DNA of 63,098 bases, the filler included, from Chiloscyllium plagiosum (lineage: Eukaryota): the NCBI RefSeq assembly GCF_004010195.1. It is 6 parts of 2 records of this genome, joined end to end, with 100 filler letters (N's around TTAATTAATTAA, not from the genome) between each part and the next. Parts side by side here need not be neighbours in the genome. Positions count along the whole stretch, not along the records: positions 18,566 to 33,250 come from NC_057716.1; positions 33,351 to 42,886 come from NC_057716.1; 4 more parts are not named here. One strand, written 5' to 3'. Positions 25,901-38,458 of the stretch are shown piece by piece. Under the pieces are notes generated by a model. It had not been told where the DNA came from and did not search any database. It saw only the letters and a list, made by a program, of their open reading frames with translations. Position 1 is the stretch's first letter. Each line of letters begins with the position of its first letter. Made by a program: the position numbers and the translations under genes.

Positions 25901-27631
25901 TACATATGAACTGTCATTTTTTTTCTTTTTTTAGCGGAATTTGGGAGTTCCCATGTTTTAACAGATTACGAGGTGAAGTGAGCTTTTATGGGTGTGTGGT
26001 TTTAATTAACAGAGGGATTCGACATTGAAGTCATAATAGTTTTGGGACTTGCTATATGGGATTTGGACAGATTTGAACAGATTTGGGTGCAAAAGGTCTC
26101 GGCAGATTCAAACACGTGGCAAATAGTGACCTAGACCTTCAAATAAAACCGGTGGGAAAAATGTGTCTAGACCTTCAAATAAAACCGGTGGGAAAAATGT
26201 GTTTACCTGTGGTTGGTTAAATTACAAGTGAGAGAAATGGCTTTCAACATTACTATCGGGGTTTCCAAATTTTCCAAGGAAGTGTAGAAAGACAGAAGGA
26301 CTTTTGTTTAGAATTAGCAAATAGATTTTAATTGGGTTTAACCAGGGACAAAAAGAAAGCTGAAATTATAATTGAGTTGGTCAAGCACATTGGTGTATCA
26401 GAGAAACAGACGAGTGCAGTAGCGTTAGAAAAAAAACATAAATTGCAAATATAACAACTGAAGTTAGAAGATAAAGAAAGAGACGGAAACAGAGAGAGAA
26501 AAAAGAGAAAGAAAGGAAAAATAAAGAGAGAGAGAGAGAGATTTTGAAATTTAGGAGTTGGGAATTAGACAAGAAAGCTAAATTAACAGGATAGAGATGG
26601 AGGGAAAACGTAGGGATGTATACAACTATGTTAATACCTTGCCATATTGCGGTGAAACAAAATCAAAACCTCTTTTATTTCGCTTCGAAAATTGGCTTGG
26701 CGGATGGTATGTCAGTGAACTTGTGGGTAATGCTAGTTCAGACTAAGCTGGTGGGCACTGTTAGTGAGGTACGTGCAGCGCTATCAGATTAGGGTCAAGA
26801 GATTATGCAGATGTAATACTTATTATTTTGAGTGGTACTAGAATAATATAGACAGAGGTTCAGAAAAATAGAGAAAGAACCAGGTCAGACTTATGCTGAG
26901 TTTGAAAGAATTAACCAAAGTCATTTTGATAGATGGATGCTGGCCTTAAAATAGATAAGACCTTTGAGGCTCGAAGGGAGATTATTCTGATCGAGGAGTT
27001 TAAAGACCCACTTCCAGAGATGTTAAAAATTCATGTAAATGAACTGAAAGTTCAAGAAGTGAGAAGCGTGGCAGAAATGGCAGTGAATACGCATTGGTGC
27101 ATGAAATGCTGTTTAGCTTCTGGGAGGATTTCCATTCTGTGAGGGATAGAAATTGGGAGAAGGGGAGATCCTACACTGCAAAACTTAGAGGAAAGCACAC
27201 TGGAAATAGTTTAGCACAGGTGAAAAATAAGCTCAAGGTGGTTGAAAGGTGGTGTAAGTCCTCAGGTGCTTTCACAATAAGGGAGTGGAACCCATAGAAT
27301 TCCAGTACCGATGGTTTAAGAAGGGCACTGGGAATAGGTGTGTTCACTGCAGTAAGCTGGGACATATAGTGCTGGGCATTGAAGGAAGGCACTTTGGAAA
27401 GGATGTGCTAAAAGAGGCTAAGCCAGTGGCATTAGGGAACCTGGTAAAGAAGACCCCAAGTCTCCAAGGAGCTGCAGGTTAGCGCACAGCCTAGGTATAG
27501 AGTCAGTGTCCCGTCTCCATAAAGAATTCGCCTCTGTGGATAAAGTTTACTCAGAAGGTGCATGGGAGGAGGGCGGGAGGACAATAAATTATATTTTTTT
27601 GAGGTACGGGATCTGCTCACTCTCTAATAGT

Positions 27632-28284
27632 TGAGAAGTAAGGTGCCAGAAAAGCACAACAGATCAAGCAGCATCCTAAGAGCAGGACAGTCGAAATACC
27701 AGGTATAAACCCATCATCAGGAATGTGGCGGGGGTACAAGGGGGCTGAAAGTTAAATGGGAGAGCTCGGTTTGTGGGAGGGTCACTGGTATGGCGATAGG
27801 AATATGCAGTTGGGAGTGACAGTGATATTTCAGAGGGGAGTGTGGAGTGGATAGGTAGGAAGCAGGATGGACAATTTAGACAGTTCAAGAGGGCAGTGCT
27901 AAGTTGAACGGTTGGATCTGTGATGAGGTTTTGTGGAGGGGAGATTTGGAAATTGGTGAAGTTGATGTTGATGCTGTGTAGCTTGAGGGTTCCAGCTGTC
28001 CTACCAATTATACACTTCACTCTCCTCTCCGACCTATCAGCATCACACCCACATGCATCTACCTATCGCCTTCCAAGCTCCATTCCATTCAGCTCCACCC
28101 CCACCCTCCGATTTATTTCTCAACCCCCTTGCCCCTCCCTTAGCCATACTTTCCTGATGAAGGATTTATTCCTGAAAAAGCAACTGTCCTACTCCTCTGA
28201 TGCTGCCTGACCTGCTGTGTTTTTCCAGCCTCACACGTTTCAACTCTGATCTCCAGAATCTGCAGTCCACACTTTCTCTTGGCT
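27632..28284. mobile_element. Penelope-like insertion with inverted pLTR arms inside the Gypsy protease
   Basis: ~27640-27870 is inverse to ~27995-28240; decayed hammerhead boxes at ~27690-27722 (-) and 28153-28180 (+); TCTAATAGT flanks both sides (27623-27631, 28285-28293). Confidence 0.8.
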
Positions 28285-28802
28285 TCTAATAGTAAGAGAA
28301 TGGAGAATTTTCACTCTTTCAGACATGTTATTAAAGAGCATGATAATTTGTGGAATGGAGACTGAAATTAAGCATTCCCTTGTGTAGCATCAGGTTGGAG
28401 TGCCAAATCAATGTTGGGGAGGTAACAGTGACAGTGAGCGACAGAGTATCAGTTCCAGGAATACAGTTTGTTCTTGTGAATGATTTAACAGGATCCAAGG
28501 TGGGAGAGGCACCCCTTGTGGTGGAAAAGGCAAAGGAAGACTAGCGAACTGGGGAGCTAAAAGAAAAATACCCAGGAATTGTCCCAGACAGTGGAGTGAC
28601 AAGATCCCGTTGTCAAAAGTTACAGCAGGAAGGAAAAACGAAAGAAAAAGACAAAAGAGTTGATGTTCAGTTAACTTACACCTTGTTTGATGTCATGGTG
28701 CAGGAAAAACCTGATCAGGCAGAGGTTAGGCAGAGATTTTTAGTCCCGAAACGCTAATGGACTTAAAATAGATACACATACAGAAAAGGAATTTAAATAT
28801 AT

Positions 28803-29070
28803 TAGATTACTTACAGTGTGGAAACAGGCCTTTCAGCCCAACAAGTCCACACCGACTTGCCGAAGCACAACCCACCCAGACCCATTTTCCTACACGACGG
28901 GCAATTTAGCATGGCTAATTCACCTAACCTGTACATTTTATGACTGTGGGAGGAAACCGGAACAAACTGACACAGACACGGGAAGACTCCACACAGTCAG
29001 TCGCCTTAGGTGGGAATTGAATGCAGGTCTCTGGTGCTGTGAGGCAGCAGTGTTAACCACTCTACACCAT
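28803..29070 (-). mobile_element. HE1/V-SINE-like SINE inserted between the Gypsy protease and integrase
   Basis: Reverse complement of tRNA-like head (GCTGTGAGGCAGCAGTGTTAACCACT), central domain and tail. Confidence 0.88.
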
Positions 29071-29803
29071 GTCGAACGTTGCTAACTTAAAGGTAGAATC
29101 CTAAAATTAAAATGGAGATCACGACAGGTCAGTGCAGAAGGGAATGAGTTGAAGTGCACCAGATTGTTAACGGTAACATATAGTGTTATTGATAGCAAAA
29201 TAACTAACTGCAGGTGGTCATCTCGGTGTACGGAAGATTCAGGCTAAGGTATGGAAGCATTTCTAGCAGCCTGGAATGCACAAAGATATGGAAAAATTTT
29301 GTTGTATATGTCAAATATGCCAAATGGTAGGTAAGTCACAGACAGTAATAAAATCAGCACCTTTATAGCCAATTCCTGTATTCGAAGAAACTTTCACATG
29401 GTTTATGATTAATTGTGGAGCTCCCCTTTCTGAAGTAAAAGTGGAAACCAATATTTGCTGAACATAATAGATGTGTCTACCAGAATTCTAGAGGCAATTG
29501 TATTACAGAATATTAGGGCAAAAAGGGAGGTGGAGGAGTTGGTAGCTTTCGTTACTCGCTGTGGGCAAAGCAGTGAGATTCAGTCAGACTAAGGGTCTCA
29601 TTTTACGGCTCAGCTGTTTAAGGAAGTCATGGAATAGTTTAGGCATACAGCGCTTCAAATTAAGTGCGTTCCATACTGAATCTCAGGGAACCTTGGAAAG
29701 TTAGCATCAGACGCTGAAGATCATGTTAACAGCATACTGTCAGGATTACCCGAATGATTGGGATAAAGGTGTCCCATTAAATTGTTTGCCATCTGAGATG
29801 TCC

Positions 29804-29806
<3 letters not shown>

Positions 29807-29848
<42 letters not shown>
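29807..29848. repeat. (TA)n microsatellite inside the integrase relic
   Basis: AT dinucleotide run. Confidence 0.97.
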
Positions 29849-29851
<3 letters not shown>

Positions 29852-30429
29852 GTTTACTTCCTTTGAGTTAATATTCGCACATGAAGTGAGAAGTCCTTTG
29901 AAGTTAGTTAATAATAAATTGACAACCGAATTCAGAGATCTCACACTTGGATTACGTGTGTGAGGTGAGGGTGGGATTAGTTGGAGTAGGTGACTTAGCT
30001 GAACAGCACCTGAAGAGGGCACAGCCTAGGGTGAAGCAGGTGGCAGATACAAACTCTGAAACTTTGACGATTTCCCGTGGGGATGACGTATTAGTATTGT
30101 CAGCAATGGTAGGAAATCCCTTCAAAGCCAAGTTTTGGTAGCCCATTTCAAATTTTAAAAAGTGGTGAGTCAGTTAAACTATCTGGTAAAGATACCGGAT
30201 ATGACAAAAACATTATCGAGTATGTCATGTGAATGAATAAAGCACCAGCCACATTTCGCACTCAGGATCAGAGTTGTGGCCAGATGAACAAATTGCGCAT
30301 TCTATTTGCATGATGTAGGGATCTTTTGCAAGTGATTGAAATCTCACATGTTACTTTTGGCGGGGCACGTTCAACGATTACAAGAATTGGTAATAAACTT
30401 AAAGAAAACAAAATTCATGAAGGCAGAGG

Positions 30430-31045
30430 TGATAAGAGGTACAGTTAGTAAGTCTGCAGATGACACCAAAATTGGAGGTGTAGTGGACAGGGTTACCTCA
30501 GATTACAACAGGAACTTGACCAGATGGGCCAATGGGCTAAGAAATGGCAGATGGAGTTTAATTCAGATGAATGCGAGGTGCTGCAATTTGGGAAGGCAAA
30601 TCTTAGCAGGAATTATATACTTAATGGTAAGGTCCTAGGTAGTGTGGCTGAACAAAGAGACCGTGGAGTGCAGGTTCATAACTCATTGAAGGTAGAGTCG
30701 CAGGTAGATAGGTTAGTGAAGAAGGCGTTTCGTATGCTTTCCTTTATTGGTCAGAGTACCGAGTGCAAGAGTTAGGAGGTCATGAGGCGACTGTACAGGA
30801 CATGAGTTAGGTCACTCTTGGAATATTGCGTGCAATTCTGGTCCCCTTCCTATCGGAAATATGTTGTGAAACTTGAAAGGGTTCATAAACGATTTACAAG
30901 GAGGTTGCCAGTGTTAGAGGATTTGAGCTACAGGGAGAGGCTGAACAGGCTGGGGCTGTTTTCCCTGGAGTGTCGGAGGCTGAGGGGTGAACTTATCGAG
31001 GTTTACCCTGGTGTAAGGGAATCCAGAACTAGAGGGCATAGTTTA
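30430..31045 (+). mobile_element. CR1 3' fragment
   Basis: [39 protein letters not shown]. Confidence 0.92.
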
Positions 31046-31109
31046 ATATATTACGAGTTGAGGCGAGCTTTTCTGGGTATTTGGTTTTAATTAACAAAGG
31101 GGTTCGACC

Positions 31110-32255
31110 CCACCTTGTAAATTTCCATCCATGCTATCCCAATTTCTCTGCAGTTGGCCCATATCCTTCTCGTCCTTTCCTGTCCACATGTTTATCCAAA
31201 TGCTTTTGAAACGTTGTTCATGTACCCCACACAATCACATCTGCTAGCAGCGCATCTGCGGACCTTCCTCTGTGTAAAGAACCTGTCCCCTCAGGTTCTC
31301 TTTTATTCCTTCCCCTTTAACCTTACACTGATCCCCTCAAGTCCTCGATTCTCCAAACCTTGGAAAATAACTCAGTGCATTCGCCCTATCCGTGGCCCTC
31401 ATGATCTTATATAGCTCGATAACGTCCCCCGTCAGTCTCCTATGGTCTAAAGTAAAGGTCCTAGCTTATCTAGCCTCTCCCTAAAACTCAGATCATTGGG
31501 TCCCGGCAAACAAAGGTGACAAAACTGAACAGAATACTCCAAGTGCGGCCTTACCAATGTCCTGTGTACTGCAACATAAATTCCCAACTTCTATCCTCAA
31601 TATCCTGCCTGATGAAGGCCAGTGTGCCAAATGCCTTTTTCATTGCCCTGTCTACCTGTGACTCCACTCTCAGAGAATCGTGCACCTGAACGCCAAGGTC
31701 TCACTGCCCATTACACCACTTCAGGCCCTCCCATTCACCATGAATCTCCTACCTTTATTTGAGTTTGCAAAATGAAAGACATCACACATCTACATTACAT
31801 TGCCTTTGCCATTTCTCGGTCCACTTCCCCACTTGATTAATGTCCTGCTGCAATTTCTGATAAAAATTTCTCATTTATCACGCTCCCACTTATTTTAGAG
31901 TCATCTGCAAACTGACTAATCATGCCTTGTACATTCTCAACTAAATCATAGGTAAGAGCAGTGGACCCAGCCCCCAGTCTGACAAGCATCCTTCCACAAA
32001 ACAGTCTGCTTCCCACCATCAAACCAACTGTGTATCCAATTGGCCAGTTCCCCAGCATTGCATGTAATGTAACCTTCCAGAGCAACCTACCATGTGGAAC
32101 TTTGTCAAAGGCCTCACTGAAATCACTGGAGACTGCATCTACTACTCTGCCCACGGCAACCTCCTTGGTCACTTCATCAAAGAACTCTAACAATTTTGGG
32201 AAGCATGATCTCCCACTCATAAGTCTATGCTGACTGCTCCGAATCAAACCCTTTG
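31110..32255 (-). mobile_element. CR1 RT fragment, minus strand
   Basis: Minus ORF GRSCFPKLLEFFDEVT...DFSEAFDKVPHGRLL...QFADDSKI. Confidence 0.92.
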
Positions 32256-33119
32256 TAAGTAATGGGTGTAGACAACAGTATGCTGTCCTTCATTGTAAGA
32301 TGATTTGAGTACATAAGTCAAGTCATCTTCCTGTTGTTGTAGAGCCTTACTGAGAGATTAGTTGGGGCACTCTCTATAGATTTGATCTCCTTTGTAAGGC
32401 ATGATCTCCTTACCACAGACACGGGTGATTGCAACATGAGAAGAGAGTGAAGAAGCTGAGTGTTTAATCTGAAACACGAGGAGTGGCAGCGATCACTTAT
32501 TTCCAAAAGAGACTTGATCGGGTGAGAAATTCCACACTTTACCCAGAATTGATTCGTGTGATCTATTGTCACGTGTACCTCAGTACAGGGAAACACTTTA
32601 TTTAGTAAACATAGCCTGGCAGATCACAGGGTGGAAATAGACTGGGCAGAGTAAGGCATAAAAATTGCACTGCACAGGATGTGCACTAGACAAAATCAAC
32701 ATGAACAAGATCAGCATTGTTTGAACGTAGAGTCCAATCATCAGTCTATCGTGGCTTTCCTAATAGTTTATCTGCCCTTACTAACTCTCCCCACGTTATT
32801 GTGCAGTCGGCGTGTGAGCCCGTACTGAACGCCATGTTGTTCACAATCCTCAACAGCAGCCACAATACCTTCCAGTTGAAAGAGATAGCCATTCCCACCA
32901 GCTTCCGCCCGACATCGAGAACAGCAGGCTGTCTTATCGGAGATGGAAGGTGTCTTCTTGAGACTTCACACAAGATATATGGCTTCCCTCCTCACTGCGA
33001 GAAAACTACGTTAAAGTCCCACGTGTGCATCATGAGCAACGGAGCCACGAGGAACAACGTGAAACAGTCTGTCTCTGCAGCCCCTGCTCCACTTCTTCAT
33101 CATGTTAGAGCATTAATTA

Positions 33120-33250
33120 GGAGACAGTGAGAACTGCCGATGATGGAGATCAGAGTCGGGAGGGATTTCTGGAAAATCACAGCAGGTCAGGCAGCATCTG
33201 AGGAGCAGGAGAATCGATGTTTCGGGGATAAGCCATTCATCAGGAATCAG
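33120..33250 (-). mobile_element. Penelope pLTR with hammerhead-like core, truncated by a gap
   Basis: Reverse complement CTGATGA-ATGGCTTATCCCC-GAAAC-ATC at 33216-33243; the adjoining sequence matches the pLTR at 44060-44155. Confidence 0.75.
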
Positions 33251-33359
33251 NNNNNNNNNNNNNNNNNNNNNNNNNNNNNNNNNNNNNNNNNNNNTTAATT
33301 AATTAANNNNNNNNNNNNNNNNNNNNNNNNNNNNNNNNNNNNNNNNNNNNTCCTGTGAA

Positions 33360-33850
33360 ACCAGCGTGAGGTGCTGAATGAACTCTTGTTTTACTGTGGC
33401 AATGTGCAGTGTCAGGCAATGCTGTTACATGAATGTTACCGACACTTTAACAGCACAAGCCTCAATGGAGTCCGTGTCTTGCTGCACATGGACACAGGTC
33501 AGTTCAGGAGCTGACAGGGAACAAATTATTCTGAACATTGTGGACCATCCCCACTTCTGATCTTATTGTGGGAGGGTGGAAACAGGGAGAAATTGATGAA
33601 GCAGCTGAAGATGTTTGTGAAGTGGAAGCTACCCTGAGGATCTCCCATTGAGGTGACCAAGTACTGAGATGATGAACATCTTTTTTGTACAATGTTTGAC
33701 TTCAAACACTGGAGAGTTTACTCAGACTCCCATTAAGCACAGTTCTGTTGAGGTCCTTGATGTCAACAGATGGAACCACTGCCTTGATATCAGGGCCAGT
33801 CACTTTTACCTGAACCCTTGTGACAACCTCTTTTGTTCATATTAATAGGC
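33360..33850 (-). mobile_element. Decayed fragment of the second LINE family
   Basis: Inverse of ~20900-21320 (CTGAACATTG...CCCCACTTCTGATCTTAT, GCAGCTGAAGATGTTT). Confidence 0.7.
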
Positions 33851-34479
33851 CATGATATAGGAGCAGCAAGTGATTTTTTTTTTCAAACAGGTGGGATTGA
33901 ATGTCAGGATTTCCCTTCTCAATAGTGTTCGGGGAGCTAGATGACAGAAAGTATTTGAAGAGCGGATAGATGGATATTGACCTGTCAGAGAGTTGAGGAC
34001 TACGAAGTATTGGGTATTACAGAGGATTTGGGACCAAGAGCAGATCAGCCATTATCTTAGTGAAGGGCAAGGCAGGCTTGGGGAGTGAACGACATGCTCT
34101 CACATTCTGCTATTGGAAAGGTTGTGGGTGTTATTTTCATGAATGTTCTGTTATTGAATGTTTCAGTCAGAGAGCACAGAGGATTTTCTCAGCCATCTCT
34201 GGGTGAAGTAAGCAGGCTGTATTCACATTGATTCTGGGTCTACAACATGACCGACACATGAAGCACAAGTTGCAGAGAGGGGAAGCTCTGTAAAGAGAGA
34301 TGACAGGCCTCTTTCATGCCCAGCCTGGGTTTTCCAATTACATGTCCCAAATCACTTCAAAGCATGTGTGACAGCCGTGAGGGGCTGAACGATCTCTTCT
34401 TTTTCTGTGCACCAGATTATCGAGTAAATACCTCCAACTGACCCTGTCTATCAGGTTCAAGGGGCTGAATGGAACACAG

Positions 34480-35970
34480 AAATACGTGACTGAGGAGCAG
34501 AAGTGGGTCATTAGACACTTTGACCCTTCTCCACCAGGCCCTTAGATTGTGGCTGATCAGGGTGGTGTGTCAGCCCCACTTTACTGTCTGTATTCCATTA
34601 TTCCATTTCACTTCCCTGTTAAATATTCAACTGACGCATCTTTCAATCCATGTGAACATAGAGACATGATAAACTTCCAGTGAAGAGAATTCTGATTTGA
34701 AGGGTACCTTCAGAATTATTCGTCATCCCTTTTATAGGCTCAGAGAGTCATTCAGAATGGAAACAGAACCGTTATTCCAATCTATTCACTCTGATCAGCT
34801 ATCAAGTCTGATCTAGTCCCATTTGCCAGCATTTATCCAATGTCCCTCCTCTTTCAGATCCTTTTTAAAAGTGCGATTGTAACCGCTTTCACCACGTCCT
34901 CTGACAGCATTTTCTGTACACACACCACTCTCTCTGTGAAACATTTACCTTCAGGTTCCTTCTAAATCATTCGCCCTCTCACATTCAATCTCTGCCCTCT
35001 TGTTCTGGACTCCCCTATCCTGGGGAGCAGAACGTGGCTGTTCAGAATATCCATGCCCCTGATGATTTTATAAACCTCTACAATGTCACCCCTCAGCCTC
35101 TGACACTCCACGGGGTAACAACTCAAACTAATCAATCTCTCGCTAAAGCTCAAACTACCAGTCCTGGGACATCCGTGTAAATCTTTTCTGCAGACAATCG
35201 AGTTGTATGCAGTATTCATAAAGTGGCCTCACCAATATCCTGTACAGAGGCAACATACCACCACAACTCTTATACTCAATGCTCTGACTGATTAAGGCAA
35301 ATGTGCCAAATATGTTCTGCACCACTCTACCTACGGCTCCACTTTCAAGGAACAATGCGCATGCAGCCCTAGGTCCCTTTGTTCCACAACACTCCCCAGG
35401 ACTTTACCATTAAGTGTATAATTTCTCCCTGTCACTCCCTATCCCTTTGTCCCATCTAACTATGGATTCGTTGTTCTCTGAGATAATCTATTACACCACC
35501 TTTCTGATGTAATCTGTAAATTTATGAACTATGGCCCCGATATTCACATTCAAATCGTTGATATAAATGATGAATGCAGTGAACTCAGTACTGATCCTTG
35601 GAGCACACTGCTGCTCACAAGCCTCCAGTCTGAAAAATACCCCTCTTCCTTCAAGCCAATTGTGACTAGCTTCTTCTGTATCCCATACGACCGAAACTTC
35701 CTAATCCGACGACCAATCAGAATGTTGTGAACACCTTACTGAGGTCCATGTAGACAATGTCTACCAAACTGCCTATATCAGTCTTTTTTGTCAAATCTTC
35801 ATAAAACTCAATCAAATTAATGAGGCATGATTTCCCATGCAGAAAGCCACGTTGACAACTCCGATCAGCCCTTGCCTTCCCAAATGTCTGTAAATCCTTT
35901 CCCACAGAATTCCCTCCAACAACTAACCCACCACTGACATCAGGCTCACGGGTCTATAGTTCCCCGGCTT
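34480..35970 (-). mobile_element. CR1 fragments, minus strand
   Basis: Minus ORFs RLRGDIVEVYKIIRG, LYRILVRP, GFLHGKSCLINLIEFYE...DIVYMDLSKVF. Confidence 0.85.
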
Positions 35971-36269
35971 TTTGGGTCACTGTTTCATTTTCTAGTCCCA
36001 CTCGTTTACTGCTCACAACAAAAGTAAAATGTAACCAGGTCGGTGATATGGCCGATGATATCGGTCTCAGACTGGGTCAGGGTCATTTTTAGGATCAAGT
36101 CAGGCGAGTTTCTTTAATCAGCTGAAATAGCACGTTTATGATCCAGAGCAAAGTTACTTAAACTATGATGAAAAGATGAATGGCAAACGGATTGGATACT
36201 GGAAATAAAGAATCAATATTTCCATTTCTAAACACACACACACACACACACACACGCGTTGGAAAGATG

Positions 36270-37825
36270 TGCTGGGTAGGCCAGAGGTCATTAAGGTGGA
36301 CAAAAGCCCAGGACTGGATGGGATCTATCCCAGATTTTGCTGAGGGAGGCGAGAGAGGAAATAACTGCGGCCCTGACAGATTGCTTTGCGGCATTTTTAA
36401 ATACAGGTGAGGTGATGGAGGACTGGAGGGTAGCTTATGTTGTCCCCCTGTACAAAATGAGTAGTAGGGATATTCCGGGTAACTACAGAACAGTGAGTCT
36501 GACGTCAGTGGTGGAAAAGTTGCTGGAGAAGGTACTGAGAAATAGGATCTATTTATATTTAGAAAAGAATGAGCTTATCAGTGACAGGCAACATAGTTTT
36601 GTGCAGGCGACATCGTCCCTCACCAATTTAATAGAGTTGTTCGAGGAAGTGCCCAAGTTGATAGATGAATGAAGGATTGTTGATGTCATATACATGGAAT
36701 TTAGTAAGACGTTTGATATGGTTCCCCATGGTAGACTAATGGAGAAATTGAAGTCATAGTTCCCCATGGTAGACTAATGGAGAAATTGAAGTCATATTGT
36801 GTGCAGGGTGTTCTCGGTACGTGGATAAAGAACTGGTTGAGAAACAGGAGACAGAAAGTAGTAATTGAAGGGAGTTTCCCGAAATGGAGAAAAGTGACTC
36901 GTGGTGTTCCACAGGGGTCAGTGTTGAGGCCACTGTTGGTATGATTAGCAAATTTGCAAATGTCACGAAGATTGGTGGAGTAGCAGAAAGCACAAGGAAC
37001 TGTCAGAGAATACAGGAGGATATAGCTAGACTGGAGAATTGGGCGGAAAAGTGGTTTTTAATCCAGACAAATGTAGGGTGATGCATGTCGGCAAGACTAA
37101 TTCCAGAACGAATTTTAGAATGAACAAAAGAGCCCGGGGAAAGGTTAATGTGCAGAGAGAACCGGCAGTGCAGTCCATTTTACCCTGATAGTTGCTGCAC
37201 CGGTGGATAGAGTCGTCAAGAAAGCATATGGTTGCTTGCTTTCTTTGGACGGGGTATTGAGTATAAAAAGTGGCGAGACATATTAAAATTGTACAAGACA
37301 TTGGTTCGGCCGTATTTAGAATACTGTGTACAGTTCTGGTCGCCACATTACCAAAATGATGTGGACGCTTTGGAGAGGGTGCAAAGAAGGTTTACGAGGA
37401 TGTTGCCTGGTATGGAAGGTGCTAGCTATGAAGAAAGGTTGAGTACATTATAAATAAGGAGATTGAGAGGGAACCTGATTGAGGTTTACAAAATCACGAA
37501 GGTTATAGACAGGGTGGATAGAGACAAGCTTTTTCCCAGGGTGAAGGATTCAATAACGAGAGGTCACGGTTTCAAGGTGAGAGGTGGAAAGGTTATGGGT
37601 GATGCGCAACTCCTTCACCCAGTGGGCATTTGGAACGCGTTGCCAGCAGAGGTGGTGGACCCAGGTACGGTTGATTCATTTAAGGTACATCTGGATAAAT
37701 GCATGAGTAGGTGGGGAGCAGAGGGATACAGATTCTTAGGAATTGACCGGCAGTTTTCGACAGTAGATTTGGATCGGCTCAGGATTGGAGGACTGAATGG
37801 CCTGTTCCAGGGCTGTAAATTTTCT
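36270..37825 (+). mobile_element. CR1 ORF2 3' portion with tail
   Basis: EDWRVAYVVPLYK...[41 protein letters not shown]; flanked by CA microsatellites at ~36232-36255 and ~37847-37888. Confidence 0.93.
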
Positions 37826-37857
37826 TTGTTCTTTGTGTACAAAGAGACACACACACA

Positions 37858-37888
<31 letters not shown>

Positions 37889-38124
37889 GATAAACACAAT
37901 CTCTGCAATTTCAAGTTGAAAGAACTTTGCCCATATATTAGTGTAAACCATGACAAAAGTAAAACTTGAGAGATTGTCCAAAATGTTATTCTTCTTCTGA
38001 AGATATTCTACTCACACAAGCTGCTCGCAATGGGATTTCATCCTGGAACAGTTGGATTTGGCCGAATCCATTTGCATGAGGCAGTGAGGAGATTCCAATG
38101 AATTCTGGTAAGGGATCGCCGAAA

Positions 38125-38458
38125 GAGTAGCACAGTGGTTCAGTGGTTAGCAACGCTGCTTCACAGCATTAGAGACTTGGGTTTGATTCCAGCCTCGGGC
38201 GACTATCTGCGTGGAGTGTACACATTCTCTCCTGTTTGTGTGAGCTTCTAATGGGTGCGCCAGTTTCCTCCCACAGTCCAATGCTGTGTAGATTAGGTGC
38301 ATTGGTCATGCTAAATTATCCACAGTGTTCAGAGTTTTTTAGGTTATTTACTTTAGTCTGGGTAAATGTAGAGGAACGAGTCTGGGAAGATTACTCTTTG
38401 GAAGGTTGGTATGTACGTGTTGGGCCGAAGGGCCTGTTTCCAAACTGCAGGAATTCTA
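38125..38458 (+). mobile_element. HE1/V-SINE-like SINE, near full length
   Basis: A-box-like TGGTTCAGTGG, B-box-like GGTTTGATTCC, central GTTTCCTCCCACAGTCC, CR1-like tail GGGCCGAAGGGCCTGTTTCC. Confidence 0.88.

Larger units (their letters stand above)
25915..31108 (+). mobile_element. Gypsy Gmr1-like LTR retrotransposon relic, element 2 (gag-PR-INT)
   Basis: LTR end ~25915-26038; PBS remnant ~26042-26062; gag ~26236-27480 with CVHCSKLGH knuckle; protease remnant ~27600; integrase ~29200-30230 (GGHLGVRK, CQICQ, EIQSD*GSHF, ESQGTLES*HQTLK, FELIFAHEVRSPL); 31050-31108 repeats LTR sequence 25965-26023. Confidence 0.85.

Noticed and set aside
38125..38200. tRNA gene
   Set aside because: The tRNA-like A/B boxes continue directly into SINE body and CR1 tail; it is a SINE head.
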